Assembly (NCBI GenBank): GCA_051294905.1
Contig: CM119371.1
Location: 31,188,001 to 31,252,000 of the forward strand
Direction of reading: 5' to 3'
Origin: Botryllus schlosseri
Lineage: Eukaryota
Length of the DNA stretch: 64,000 bases
Below are positions 11,801-23,746 of this stretch, piece by piece. The translations under genes and the position numbers were made by a program. The notes below the pieces were generated by a model, which was given only the letters and a program-made list of their open reading frames with translations, made no database searches and was not told where the DNA came from. Position 1 is the first letter of the stretch; each line of letters opens with the position of its first letter.

Positions 11801-14800
11801 CCAGGACGGAATGCATCTCGAACCATCCGAACAAGCGAACTCGTCATTTCTGCATGACGAACCTAGGTCGAATCGGACATATGGTAAGTCGACATGGATA
11901 GCTCAAATTAACAACGGTGTCACTACAAAACCAATTGCTTCAAGCAAACCCTTTCGTTAAAATAGAAAAAAGTTACCTTCACAAATCTGATCTTGAAGCG
12001 TCGCCAGATGAGGTGGTAGTTCGCACATTAAAGGCAGATGAACACCTACGAAACGAGGATCTCTTTGTCGACAAAATGTAGCGCTTGCGGCATAATCATT
12101 GGTATAGTTTCTCAGTGGTGGCTGATCAGACCGGTCGCTAAAATATACGATGGGAAACTATACTCATTTCTTTCTGACGTTAACAGTTGCCTTGGTAGCC
12201 TATCTAATTCTATCAGGCCACTGAATATATATTTTTTTGGGGGGGTGGGGGGGTAAACGTTTGAGCAGTCTAAAACAATTCTACCCTGACAGACCGTGAA
12301 CAAACGCATCCGCAATGAATGTGCACTTGACAGTATCGTTTCCATACGTTACGATTCTACTTGAAAGCCTTTTATTGACATATAGGACTTCAAAAACAGA
12401 TAACCCAAATACTAATATCAAATATAACTCAAACATAAAAACGACAACCAGTAACGACTTTTCTTCACCGAGGTGATCCAAGGTGATCCTTTATGTTTAC
12501 AAGGAATTATTACTGGATTAACTAATCATTAGCGATGACTAACCCTATCGACTAAATTTACTACACATCGACTGTAACGAAAATTCATTTATCCCACTGA
12601 ATTAAAGTAACTTTTTAAGCAAATACCGATGTAAAATAGAAGAACAAAAGGACAACAAATTAGCAATTTCTTCCGGAAGTCCAATACCCCAATCAATGTT
12701 ATAACGGAATACATCATACTGCAATGACGGCGCAAGTCAAACAGGCTGCAGACTATATACGCGTGAAGAAAATTGGATAATGTATTACCAGACCTAAGAC
12801 GAATATAGACATTGGTATCTCAATTGCATTCAGTTATGTACAAGCTACGGAAGGTTCGACATCACAAGTAATTTAATTGGTAACTCAGTCCTAGGTCGTG
12901 ATTCTGCGCAGAATACATGGAGATATACACTCACATATCAGCAGTTTCTAGTTGAAATAAGCGCCGAAGACTCCTAAAAGTCTCATTTTACCGATAGTTC
13001 CGTGTACGGCTGGGCACAATGATTCGAGTACTCGAATCTGAATCGAGTAATTTTTTTTTCATTCGGGTCGAGTAACTAAATACGATTTTTCGAGTATTGA
13101 AATTATAGGCTCCTCGCTACAGAGTGTTATTTTATCAACGAGAATTATGGTTTCGATACTGATTTCCACTGGGGAAACCCAGAAAGCGTAATTGGTCGTA
13201 TCGCAGCATACGAAAAATATAGTACAAAGCTACGACGGCTACTAGAAAAACATTTCCGAAGTCATGATCCTCCCACCATATTGTAACAAAGTGGAATGAA
13301 ATCGGCAGGGTCGAAGAAATACCAAAGTATCTTTATTGTGATGGATAACAGGCATTATATTCTTTGTGGTGGTATAAAAGGTTCATATTTGAACTTTGAC
13401 ATCTCAGATTTTGTTGTGACGTCATAATCGGTAATACTCAAATCAGTGTTGGGATGACTCGAGTCATGACTTGACTCGAGTCAGACTCGAGTCACCTTTT
13501 TCGTATGACTTGACTTGACTCGAGTCACTTTGCTAAAATGACTTGACTTGACTTGACTCGGCGTATCAGAAATGTGGATTGACTCGTGACTCGGAGCAAA
13601 ATTCACGAGTCAATTTCAAGTCATCAAGTAATCGGTGTCGATAAAAATCTGTATCTGTAATATGTTTGGATTTTCGCGAAACGCTTGTGTAACCCATGAG
13701 AGTGACCACATTTAAGGATCGTGCGTTTTGCTGAGCCTCAATTGTATTCTCACAAATAAATTGGCCGCAAACGAAGGTATCGAAACTTATGGCTTACGTT
13801 GTCGTAAACTAGTAGTAAAGTAATTGAATGACAAAATGTATATTTATGTTCTCACCTTAATCAAACCTCTTGTATTATTGAAATTGAATTGGAATAAATT
13901 TCATATAGTACCCAACCATTGGCGCAGGCTCGAATTGTATCATGGGTAATGTATTGCGTCTTATCAATTCGTTCTCAATCAATTCTCTATTCTCTATTTT
14001 GGCTGGTAACTATCAACTGAGGCTATGTAATTACTTACGTAGTTTATCAGTTCTACATAGATGTGAGCGATACAGCGCCTTCTTGCGTGTTATACAACTC
14101 TATATTCGTTTAGCGATTCAGAATCAATGACCTCTCAATATGTATCTCAGACAGCTAGGAAAATGCAATGACGTAATCATGCCTCATACTTCGAAAAGGC
14201 AATTTGACTTGAATTATGACTTGACTCGTGACTTGACTTGACTTGACTCGACTTGACTCGAGTCACCTCCCAAAATCGAGTGACTTGACTTGACTCGAGT
14301 CACATTTGAAAATCGATTGACTTGACTTGACTCGAGTCATAATGTGCCATGACTCGGAATGACTCGTGACTCGAAGGTAGTGACTTGATCCCAACACTGA
14401 CTCAAATACGCGACTTGAAGCATAATACCTGATTCGAAATCGAATCAGTCAGGTACTCGATTTTGCTCAGCCCTAGTTTCGTGATGCAAACCTATATGGG
14501 CGTGTACTCCTAAAATTGAACATAGGCTATACGCGAATACTCTCATCAACTCCACAACGTAACTGTGTCAGGTGGACAAATACGCATTGGAAGCAGTAAC
14601 AATCGTACGTCTGTTCATTTTAAACACAAATATCATAAATGCGACCGAGGTCAGGAGTCAGCCAAACCTTATTAATATCAATACATTAAAGTAGGCCTTA
14701 CACTTCCAGTGTTAGAAATTTCACCGCTATGTCAATAGTTTCAACGGCTAGCTCTAAAAGCAACTCGCAAGAACCAGCGCTTGTTGACAGGGAAGGAGAT

Positions 14801-17800
14801 GAGAAATCAAAATATTCGATTGATTCCGTATCAGATTATTCAAATAGTGCGGGCCAAATAATACTTATCATTATGTAGACCAGTGGTTCTTAACCTTTCC
14901 TCCAGCGCCCCCTAGGGGGCGCTGGCGATTTTGAAGGGGGGCGGAAACGCTCAGGGGGCGATATGGGGGGCGCTGGGCTCAGGGGGGCGGTATGGGGGGG
15001 GCGCTGGAGAAAAATGGCTTCGCAGTATAAGATGTGGTAGTAGGACATATCCTCAATGTGTATATTCAGAGCGAATTAACACCGAAAACTTCGTTATTTA
15101 TAGCCTAAAAAAGACATATAGGTTTTAATGTCCATATAGGCGCCTAAATGACTGGCACCGAATGTTCCTGTCTTGGGAATCTGAAACTCAGAAGACGAAT
15201 TCCATCTGGCAGGGAAAAATAATATGCCCGTGAAGAAATACCAATTTGAAATCGTGTGCGTCTTTTAGTACGCTTGGACGACAGGGATATATATAACTAG
15301 ATATCCCTGTTGGGCGATATCCCTGTTGGGTAATTCTATATTTTTTGATATGGCAGACAGGAGGTCAGGAAATAACATCATGCTACGAAGTCATATCAAA
15401 GGGTCCGCCCGCCCGGCTATGTTTAATTATTACTTACGGGCCCTACAGTTTCCAAGACACCTCACAATGTTCCCTCTACGTTTTGACGAGTCTGCGCACA
15501 CTCACAAACTCACTGCGCAGACCCTTGGACAACAGTGCGTAACGACTAAAAAAAGGTCATAACTTTGGATTTTTTGTGCGCAACGTAGATTTTCTGTGCG
15601 CAGAGACCGTGTCAGCACTGCGAACGTGCGCAGCTTAGAGGGAACGTTGCACCTCACTCAGCTCTACCGGTAAATCTGGTAACGTGAGCAGAGAGGACAA
15701 AAAATTGATAGCACCATATATGCAATTCCCGATCGTATTGACCGATTTTATCGTGAATTATCGAAAATTTTCGCGCTTCGCACTGTCTCGCTAAACAGTA
15801 CAGCTGATTTCGTGGCAAAAGCGAACAACGTGATGGGGGGCGGGCGGTTTATCACCCTATGGAAGCCCAAGACCAAATTTTTTTTCGGCGGGCCTGACGT
15901 AGTGTCGTTTCGTTCCTGCCAACGGGTATACGCCCTAAGATGTATAATTATTATTGAGGGGTCCTACCCTTTCAAACACACATCACTCAGCTCTACCGGT
16001 AAATCTGTTTACGTGAGCAGAGAAAGGATAAAAATTGATATTAATATATATGCACTTTCCCATATTGACCAATTCAATCAATAATTATTGAAATATTTCG
16101 CGCGTCTAGGCGAGAATAGCTGGCTCAGTAAATGCACTCCCAATGTAGATGACCACGACCAGTATTAATAAATAGCGGACCGCCGAAGGGGGCTCTGGGG
16201 GCGGAGCCCCCCGAAAGTTTGGTTTATCACCCTACGGGGGGCCCAAGACCAACGTTTTTTTGGGGGCTGACGAAGTGCAGTTACGGCCCTGGTAAGGAAT
16301 TAATTATACCTACGGGCACGCCCGAATATGTTTATTATTAATTACGTGCCGTTTATTTTCCAATACAACAGCTCAGTCAGCGCTACTGGTAAATCTGGAT
16401 ACGTGGGCTGAGAGGATAAAAAGTTTATAGCGACATATATATGTAATTACCACCTATTCATTCATGCATTATAGAATATTTCGGCACCTAAAGCGACCAG
16501 GCCTAGGCCACACAAACTTTGCTGACCATCGAAATCACGCTACGGGGTTCTTGGGGCGAAGCCCTCAGAAGTTTGGTTTATCACGCTATGGGTGCGCAAG
16601 GCAATCGTTTTTAGGGGGGTTGACGAAGTTCTGTTACGGCCCTCCCTCTTACTCATTGTCTTTGGTACATTCCTTACAATATGAGGTTGGGGGGCGCTGG
16701 AGCCCGATAATCTTTGAAAGGGGGCGCTGGAGGAAAAAGGTTAAGAACCACTGATGTAGGCCATGGATGGGCAAACTTTTGAGCTCGCGGGTCGCATTCA
16801 ACAATTGAATCCAGTCGCGGGCCGCACTATATAAAATTGGGATTATAAACCAAAACCCAGTATAGGTATTTGATTATATAGTAAGGACATGAAGATAATA
16901 TATATACTTATTTAAGACAAAACCAACATTGCTTTGATGATATCGTACATGCGTAAGAAACAGTGGCGAGATTTCATAGGTGGATCGACTTCAATAACCA
17001 ATTTGTCATAACTATGGAGATGGAAGTCGGTTGTCCCAATTCTTAGAGCAAGATTGAAATTTAAATCTGTGAGCAGCGATCTGCTCATAGATTTACTAAT
17101 TCCACTTTTAGTTCAATTCCAGGACACACAAAGCTGACAGCATCATAACACTGTTATCTTCAAACACGCTTCTACTATTTGTAGATAAAATATAAATACC
17201 CTAATTCTACGCATACAAAGAACGAATCTACCTAATACACGCGCTAGTCGTTTTTATAAGCACATCACTAAGATATTGAAAACTCGAGTGGCCAATCTGA
17301 AATCACGCTCGTGATCCGAATTATGTCAATCTCGTTTAGGATTTCTCTGATATTTGGCAGTTGAAACCTTTCAAACTGCGTGGGCCTTGAGATGGTCGCG
17401 CCAGAAATTAAACATAAAAAATATTATGGAAAGTATATTTACTTTGAAACAGTGCTTCTCGAACTTTTTAAGACACGCCCTCTCCTTATGATGGTGAAAA
17501 ATCTCGCGCCCTCCTTATCGTCATATCACAAAACGCAATCAGGATGCTAGCAAATCTAACGGATAGTCTGATGGCATTAAAGCAGTGGTTCCCAACCTTT
17601 TTCCACCCACGTACCATTTCGAGGTTTTATGCAGTGCTCGCGCACCACCTACATAAGTTACGCGCACCGAAGGCGGTCAAAAATGTTTCCACCGTGTTGA
17701 GCTGCCGAAGGAAACGAAACAGAAAATAAGCTGCCCATTATAAGGCGCAGTATATGATTTCTGTAGTAGATCCATTTGGAATTCTTGTGGTCAAATATAT

Positions 17801-19415
17801 TAAAACGAAATTTGGTGAGGTAAGAATCCCAATGATTTACGACTAGATCTCTTACCCGTGGGCCGCCATTGGTGGGATTGCGCCTACCCACAACTACGAC
17901 CTTACCACGACGACGACGGCTTCAAAAATCTCAAAACCAGCCCTACCTGAACTAATAACTCCCTTCGGTCGAAAAAAAAAACTGATTCTACTCGCGTACC
18001 ACCTGGAAGACCTTCACGTACCACTAGTGGTACGAGTACCACAGGTTGGGAACCACTGCATTAAAGGTTACGACTGTGGATGAGAGATTTATAAATATGA
18101 AATTCAGACTAAGTACATAGCAACTATTAGGAATCAGGTGTAAATCGACCACCATAGTTTGAGAACCTGTGCCTTAGAATTATCATGGTATAATATACTA
18201 AGAAAAAGTTTATTCAAGTCCCTGCAATAATTCGACTTTTAGTACGCATTTTATCAATATTTTTAATAATTTTCTCAGACCGTCGCGGGTCGCACAGAAC
18301 GGTGTTGCGGGCCGCATGCGGCCCGCGGGCCGTAGTTTGCCCATCCCTGATGTAGGCCCATATGGACTTAATTTGGTACTGCTAGAGAGCTCCCCGGTCT
18401 TCTTATAGTATGATACTTCTTGGTTTCTGATGAAAACCCATTTTAATACGTACTTGCAATCTGTATGTCCGTCACAAAAGGCTGTATTTGGTATGCATTG
18501 AGACCCATCTGAACATGAGAATTCGTCTTGTAGGCAGGTTGATCCTGTACAATATTAATAAGAGAAACTAATGTGAATTTACTATCATCATTTTCAAACT
18601 GTTGCCATACTATAATAATAGTTGTTTATATAATAATGTTTATTTCATTCTGGGGATTTCGAATCGACCAATTATTTAAAATACTGGCCACTAAGGTGGA
18701 CTGCGTGGTGAAGATTTATGAAGTGCTCACCTTCACATAGTTCGCCTTTAACTGGTTCAAGACTCGGTGGTAGGACACAAATAAAGTACACTATGATATT
18801 GACACCATGAATCCATCCGGGATAAGACGATTGCCCTGCCGTACCGCGGCAAAAAGTGGTGTTAGCGTCGTAGGTGATGTTGTTGTACCCCAAAGCCGGC
18901 TCGTCAGATCCATCCCTGTCCACAAGCATGGATTTTAGTAATATATAAAAAAATATCCAATTCTGATAGTGCTTGAATCCTTTGGCTTCAGGGCGGGATT
19001 TCAAAGGCGAGGTACTACATACTAGGTACTACGAGATACTACAATAGAAATTAAAAATACAATCGTTTCTACAACTACTATATAAATATACGCGCGCCAA
19101 ATTCCCAATACTATCTGCTGACATGTAACCTTTCCACCACCAACATGTTGCTATACTTCGAATGTGCGCTACTTACGCGCAATCCTTTTCACCATTGCAA
19201 AATTTCCATGCTGGAATACATGCTGTCCCATCAGAGCACGGGAATTGATATAAATCACCATTTTCGCATGTAATACCTAAACAACATATTATCTGATATA
19301 TCGCAATGTCAGCACTCAACAGACTAGCACTACCTTCGCCATTGGAAAACCATACCACCACAGACGCTGCCATGTAAAAATATAGCGTCTTGAATTTTAT
19401 ACCGAACATCGTCAT
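2862..19415 (-). CDS. Gene A: LDLa-repeat GPCR paralog, 5' part (signal peptide + 7 LDLa-like modules); continues left of the window
   Basis: 14 GT-AG exons, open frame throughout: 19334-19415, 19177-19276, 18731-18915, 18454-18544, 11977-12137, 11772-11862, 9759-9910, 9244-9334, 8033-8181, 6988-7078, 5935-6077, 4046-4136, 3573-3715, 2862-2952. All but two exons have a collinear homolog in gene B. GPCR identity is inferred from that paralogy. Confidence 0.88.
4768..5603. mobile_element. Non-autonomous hAT-type element
   Basis: Termini cagtgcttctcaa / tgagaaccactg; perfect 8-bp TSD atatatcg. Confidence 0.88.
8895..9165 (+). mobile_element. tRNA-derived SINE (degenerate)
   Basis: Pol III A-box-like gtgcctcagttggtt and B-box ggttcgaatcc (8946-8956). 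No good cloverleaf. Absent from the paralogous intron of gene B. 3' boundary approximate. Confidence 0.55.
10394..11328. mobile_element. hAT-type MITE with truncated left end, same termini family as 14881-16753 (inverted)
   Basis: 11221-11328 is the reverse complement of 14881-14990; 10394-10430 matches the other terminus. Confidence 0.65.
13005..14475. mobile_element. Non-autonomous TIR element with TCGAGTA subterminal repeats (host of 13444-14399)
   Basis: Termini tacggctgggcacaat / attttgctcagcccta; TSD gttccgtg / gtttcgtg (7 of 8). Confidence 0.75.
13444..14399. mobile_element. hAT-type element with GACTC/TTGAC subterminal arrays
   Basis: TIR cagtgttgggat / atcccaacactg; perfect TSD actcaaat. 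Further copies at 50710-51543, 22348-22790 and 28348-28420. Confidence 0.92.
14881..16753. mobile_element. hAT-type non-autonomous element with internal tandem repeats
   Basis: TIR cagtggttcttaacctttt / aaaaggttaagaaccactg; TSD atgtagac / atgtaggc. Confidence 0.88.
15465..15649. mobile_element. Small MITE nested in 14881-16753
   Basis: TIR caatgttccctcta / tagagggaacgttg, flanked by the 7-bp duplication cacctca. A second, inverted copy lies at 55139-55310. Confidence 0.75.
17450..18171. mobile_element. hAT-type MITE, second level of nesting; same family as 43435-43732 and 59079-59382
   Basis: The sequence on both sides of the 17583-18058 insert aligns continuously with 43435-43640. Degenerate termini cagtgcttctc / gagaacctgtg. 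Confidence 0.7.
17583..18058. mobile_element. hAT-type MITE, innermost nested element
   Basis: Perfect TIR cagtggttcccaacct / aggttgggaaccactg; perfect TSD cattaaag; GTACCA subterminal motifs. Confidence 0.92.
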
Positions 19416-19711
19416 CGTTTTAAAATGTGCAACGTATGCTAAATTGCTCGGCGGTTAAGCTTTTTTAGAATATTAAATCCACCAATTTACCGTAGCCACT
19501 ATTTTCGAATCGAGCTCGAAATTGATGACTAATATAAAGTCATGCCTGACACCATGTCACGACTATGAACAAGCCAATCATATACACAGCAAACGTGCAG
19601 TCACCGCTATAGATCTACGATAACACAAACAAATGCTGATTGGCACAGAATTATATATTTAATTATTAGCGGTGGTCCGTGCAGGTATATCGTGATATTA
19701 TCAGAGGTCGA

Positions 19712-19800
19712 AGAATTTACAGAGGAAATGCGTGATTACAAGCAACTGCCAAGCTCGTTGCATTTCACGTTTATTTAGGCGACACCTGAAACCGTTAGAG
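19712..19800 (-). promoter_or_regulatory. Candidate promoter block of gene A
   Basis: Non-coding block conserved with 54872-54960 upstream of gene B. On the minus strand it reads CAGGTG (E-box), TAAATA (TATA-like), then CAGTTG (E-box), ~350 bp upstream of the ATG. Confidence 0.45.
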
Positions 19801-19856
19801 TAATCGATTAACAGGTCGTTGCTAGTCAGAAACGAAAATTGCAAATCTCACTAAAC

Positions 19857-20293
19857 TAGGCTTACCATGCGTCCTCGTTTAAGAGGATTTGTCCTCTTTT
19901 TTGACTTTTTTTAAAGTGTCCTCGGAGGACGCCCTTTTGTCCTCTTTTTTGAGATTTTGTCCTCTTTTTTGAAAATTTAGGTCAGAGCAAATTGCGAGTG
20001 ATATGCCGTAAATTATTACAGAAGTGACGCTGCGGAGGGTATTTCGGAGCGACAAACGCTATATTGAGCTCCGAGCGTAAAGATGACCTTTTTTTTTAGT
20101 CAACCACCTAGCATCATAGAGAGAAAAACGGTATTTTGAGGTGTGAACGGAAAGTTGACCTTTTTTTTTATTAGTCAACCGGTCACAAAGTGGGAAAAAT
20201 TCACCGGTTTTTGAGAATTCCACTCCGGTTTTGCAAGTCTCCAATTTCTGAAAAACTGTCCTCTTTTTAGATTTCCAAAATATGGTAAGCCTA
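19857..20293. mobile_element. MITE, TAGGG(T)TACCAT family with GTCCTCTTTT repeats
   Basis: TIR taggcttaccat / atggtaagccta; perfect TSD cactaaac. Confidence 0.9.
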
Positions 20294-20971
20294 CACTAAA
20301 CGATGCCCGATTTAGCTGCAGAAAATAAACATGTTGAGTTGGCGACATGTCATGTAGCAAGTATTGTTTTCAGAGAAGTGTACTGCCAACATAATGATAC
20401 ATCCAGTCATGATCAGATTTTTCGCATTTAGATTGAAGTATTGTGTTTACCATTATATACGTTGCGTGATTCCAAGAAATTGAAGTTGAACTGATTAGAA
20501 ATTGTTCGCCCCAAAGTTTCATATCTGCTTTATCACATATCTCGACATGACTTGCAGCATTTCTTATGTCACTTGTCCGTGAACAATGCAAGGCTTCAAG
20601 ACTGCAGCTGATTGCAATTGAGAATAGGTCACGCCAATGAATGAAATTGTCGTCTAAACGTCATTTATGGTACTACATATTTAAGTTGATACTTTTTTTT
20701 TTCTTGTATTCTCCAATAAATTTGAGAGTTTCAGGAAAACCAAATGTAACTTACCAAATCTATAAACCACATTAGTGTACTATCAATCTTGTCAATTTCT
20801 ATATTGCTGTAAAAGTGTCATGAACGGCATTTGTGTTCTACTAGGCTCAATTAAGACAATTGGATGCTAGTCTTCAAACTTTTCGGGAATATAATATGGT
20901 TCTAGTGAAGACAACTGTAATACTTGATAGCAGAACGACATGTCTTGATTTTCAACCAAGTTATGGTAGGC

Positions 20972-21359
20972 TAGGGTTACCATACGTCCTCTTTTAAGAG
21001 GATTTGTCCTCTTTTTTGACTTTTTTTTAAAGTGTCTTCGGAGGACGCGCTTCTGTTCTCTTTTTTGAGATTTTGTCCTCTTTTTTTAGAATTTTGGTTA
21101 AATATAGAGCAAAATCGACCGAGATACAGTAAATCATTACTGAAGTAACGCACCGGCGGATATTCCGGGAGCTGAGCTGGGAAGTTGACCTTTTTTTAGT
21201 CAACCGACGGATAATGTGGAAGAGAAACTTTATTTCGGGAACTCAGCCGGGAAGTTGACCTTTTCATTTACCATTTTTTAGGCTTTTTCACCACATTTTC
21301 AAGTCTGAAAATTTTGCAAAAGTGTCCTCTTTTCAGATTTCCAAAATATGGTAACCCTA
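20972..21359. mobile_element. MITE, same family as 19857-20293
   Basis: TIR tagggttaccata / tatggtaacccta; perfect TSD tggtaggc. The empty site is visible in the paralogous intergenic DNA near 60930. A third, truncated copy lies at 47518-47830. Confidence 0.9.
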
Positions 21360-21664
21360 TGGTAGGCCAATCAGAATCCTCCAACATGCTATCGTTACAT
21401 CACACGAATTCGATGCATACAAATGCTACTAGAGGAAAGCGGGAGTCTTAAAAGGGCTCTGCACTCCAAAAATGATTTGGTCTCAAATGAAAGATAAAAT
21501 CGGGAAGAAATTCTGTAATCCACAAACCACCTAAAGAAATGATGTGACTAGAATGTGGAGTTCACGTCGAGCAAGTGCAAATGAAGATATCGTGCAAACT
21601 ATCTCCGACGGGTTAAGCAGTGGAGCTCGCTGCAACGCCACTATTGAACACTATCAATTCAACT

Positions 21665-23298
21665 CAGAGATGGAAGTCGGGCCGGGCTTTTCGGGTTCGG
21701 GCCGGGTTCGGGCCGGGCTCGGGCCGGGTTCGGGCCCAAAGTTATAAAAATTATCGGGATTGAATCGGGCCGAATAGTCACTACGAAAAGCATTGACTTC
21801 ATATACAAATTTGATTTGCAATTTTGTTCGAAAGTGGCACAACTACATATAAGATACACCAATACCGTATCACGTATAAGTATGGCAATATCTGTGAATA
21901 AATTTTATACGAAGTACGAACCCAGATAAATTTCATTATAAGACGGCCCGAAGACTATGATTGAATAATGAAACAATGTCAGCTAAATAGTAAACAAGTG
22001 TCCCAAAAACGCCAGACATTGATCATTGTTCAGGCCACATTGTGACGAAAACATGACTTACGGATGGATGGATTACCATGCTGGAGTCTGGATTACTACC
22101 AATTTAGTTTTAATTTCGATGACGCATGCTGAACTGAACAGCTAGAAGCAGGTGATGAGACGACGGCTTCCGTTGTGGCACAGCAGAATTGATCGATAGA
22201 TGTGTTACGGCGGTGTTAATATTTATTAAAGAAAGCTTTTAGATGCGCCATAGTGATTTTGTCGTCCATGGTGAATTGCTTTAGGTCTATACGGAAACTA
22301 ACTTATATTGTATTAGGCTATGTGACAGCGGTAGTATTGTTATATAGCAGTGTTGGGATCAAGTCACTACCTTCGAGTCACGAGTCATTTCGAGTCATTG
22401 CGCATTTTGACTCGAGTCAAGTCAAGTCAATCGATTTTCAAAGCTGACTCGAGTCAAGTCAAGTCACTCGATTTTTGGAGGTGACTCGAGTCAAGTCGAG
22501 TCAAGTCACGAGTCAAGTCACAATTCAAGTCAAGTTGCCATTTCGAAGTATGAGGCATGATTGCATCATTGCATTTTGCTAGCTGTCTGAAATACATATT
22601 GAGTGGTCCCTGATTCTGAACCACTAAACGAATATAGAGTTGAATATACACGCAAGAAGGCGCTGTATCGCTCACATATACGTAGAACGGGTAAACTACG
22701 TTGATAGTCACCAGCCAAAATAGAGAATAGAGAATTGATTGAGAACGAATTGATAAGATGCAATACATTACCCATGTACAAATTGAGAGACGAACCCGAC
22801 TGTATCCAGTAACTGTTGAGGCTATTGAAATAATCAATTCTTCGTATAACGTGTGAATGCAACGCCCTTTGTATGGATGACAGTTGACTTGTATTTTGAA
22901 CACACTATTTTTTCTCATCTTGGCCAATTTCATTCCTTTATTTCTTTAATTTAGTTTAATATTGAACCATTTAATACAGTTCACATTTTGCAAAAAGGAT
23001 GGTGGAACTAAGTTAACAGTGGGGCTGTTTTCAGCGTATTCTCATTCAGATATATTAAGTTCTCTTGCCATATGCAAGATTGCTATCGAAAGAAAACAAA
23101 GTGAGAGCATTGAAAAGCTCGAAATTTGAATCGTATATCAGCTTATTTGCTCGCAACAGTTGAAAATTGCTATTTGAACTTGGTTTCGGGCCGAAACGGG
23201 CTCAAAACTCGACCGCCGGGTTCGGGCCGGGTTCGGGCTGAACTTGTCGGGTTCGGGCCGGGTTCGGGTCCGGCTCACCCGGCCCGCTTCCATCTCTG
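21665..23298. mobile_element. hAT-type element with CGGGT/CGGGC subterminal arrays; contains a truncated GACTC-family element (22348-22790)
   Basis: TIR cagagatggaag / cttccatctctg; perfect TSD attcaact. Confidence 0.9.
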
Positions 23299-23740
23299 AT
23301 TCAACTGGCGAGCAATGGGGATAGTTATTATTTCTGTTTACTGGCAGCTCCATTACGGTGACTTTCTGATAAAAATGTCTGCGGCAAAAAAAAAATTGAG
23401 ACCACAGGATATTTAGAGTGCGCTGTCCCTTTAATAAGCAAAAAGGGTATTGCATTGTAATGAAAACAACCACAATCTTCATTCTGATTCCGTGAAATCT
23501 ACACTAGATCGGAATAATATATTTCTAGACATTGATATTATATCATCATCGTTTTTACGAGGCCGTCTTAATGAAATTGACTATAATTTTAATTCATTTC
23601 TCAGCATCATCGCTGTTTTCAATAATTAGCAATGCCATTATCGAAATGCTTTCACAGGACCCTCTCAAGATAAAAACGCTCGTAAAAGCATCACTGAGAA
23701 ATTGAACATATGTTTCGACAACAAGGTCATTGCATGGTCA

Positions 23741-23746
23741 TTTATT
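23741..23746 (-). terminator. Candidate polyadenylation signal AATAAA of gene B
   Basis: About 110 nt downstream of the stop; conserved at the equivalent position in gene C (61327-61332). A second AATAAA lies at 23769-23774. Confidence 0.45.

Larger units (their letters stand above)
16762..18349. mobile_element. hAT (Charlie/Buster-like) derivative hosting two nested MITEs
   Basis: Termini catggatgggcaaact / agtttgcccatccctg with GCGGGCCGC subterminal motifs; perfect TSD atgtaggc. The minus strand near 17020-17090 reads RSLLTDLNFNLALRIGTTDF, like a hAT transposase C-terminus. Confidence 0.85.

Noticed and set aside
13450..13620. CRISPR-like or satellite array (gactcgagtc / ttgac)
   Set aside because: No unique spacers; the arrays sit inside TIRs with 8-bp TSDs in a eukaryotic intron.
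11772..18544. Mutually exclusive type-A exons in gene A
   Set aside because: An intervening type-B exon (11977-12137) was found, so the exons alternate normally.
21544..23482. Pro/Gly/Arg-rich ORFs (PEPGPSPARTRPEP)
   Set aside because: Translations of the CGGG subterminal arrays of element 21665-23298.
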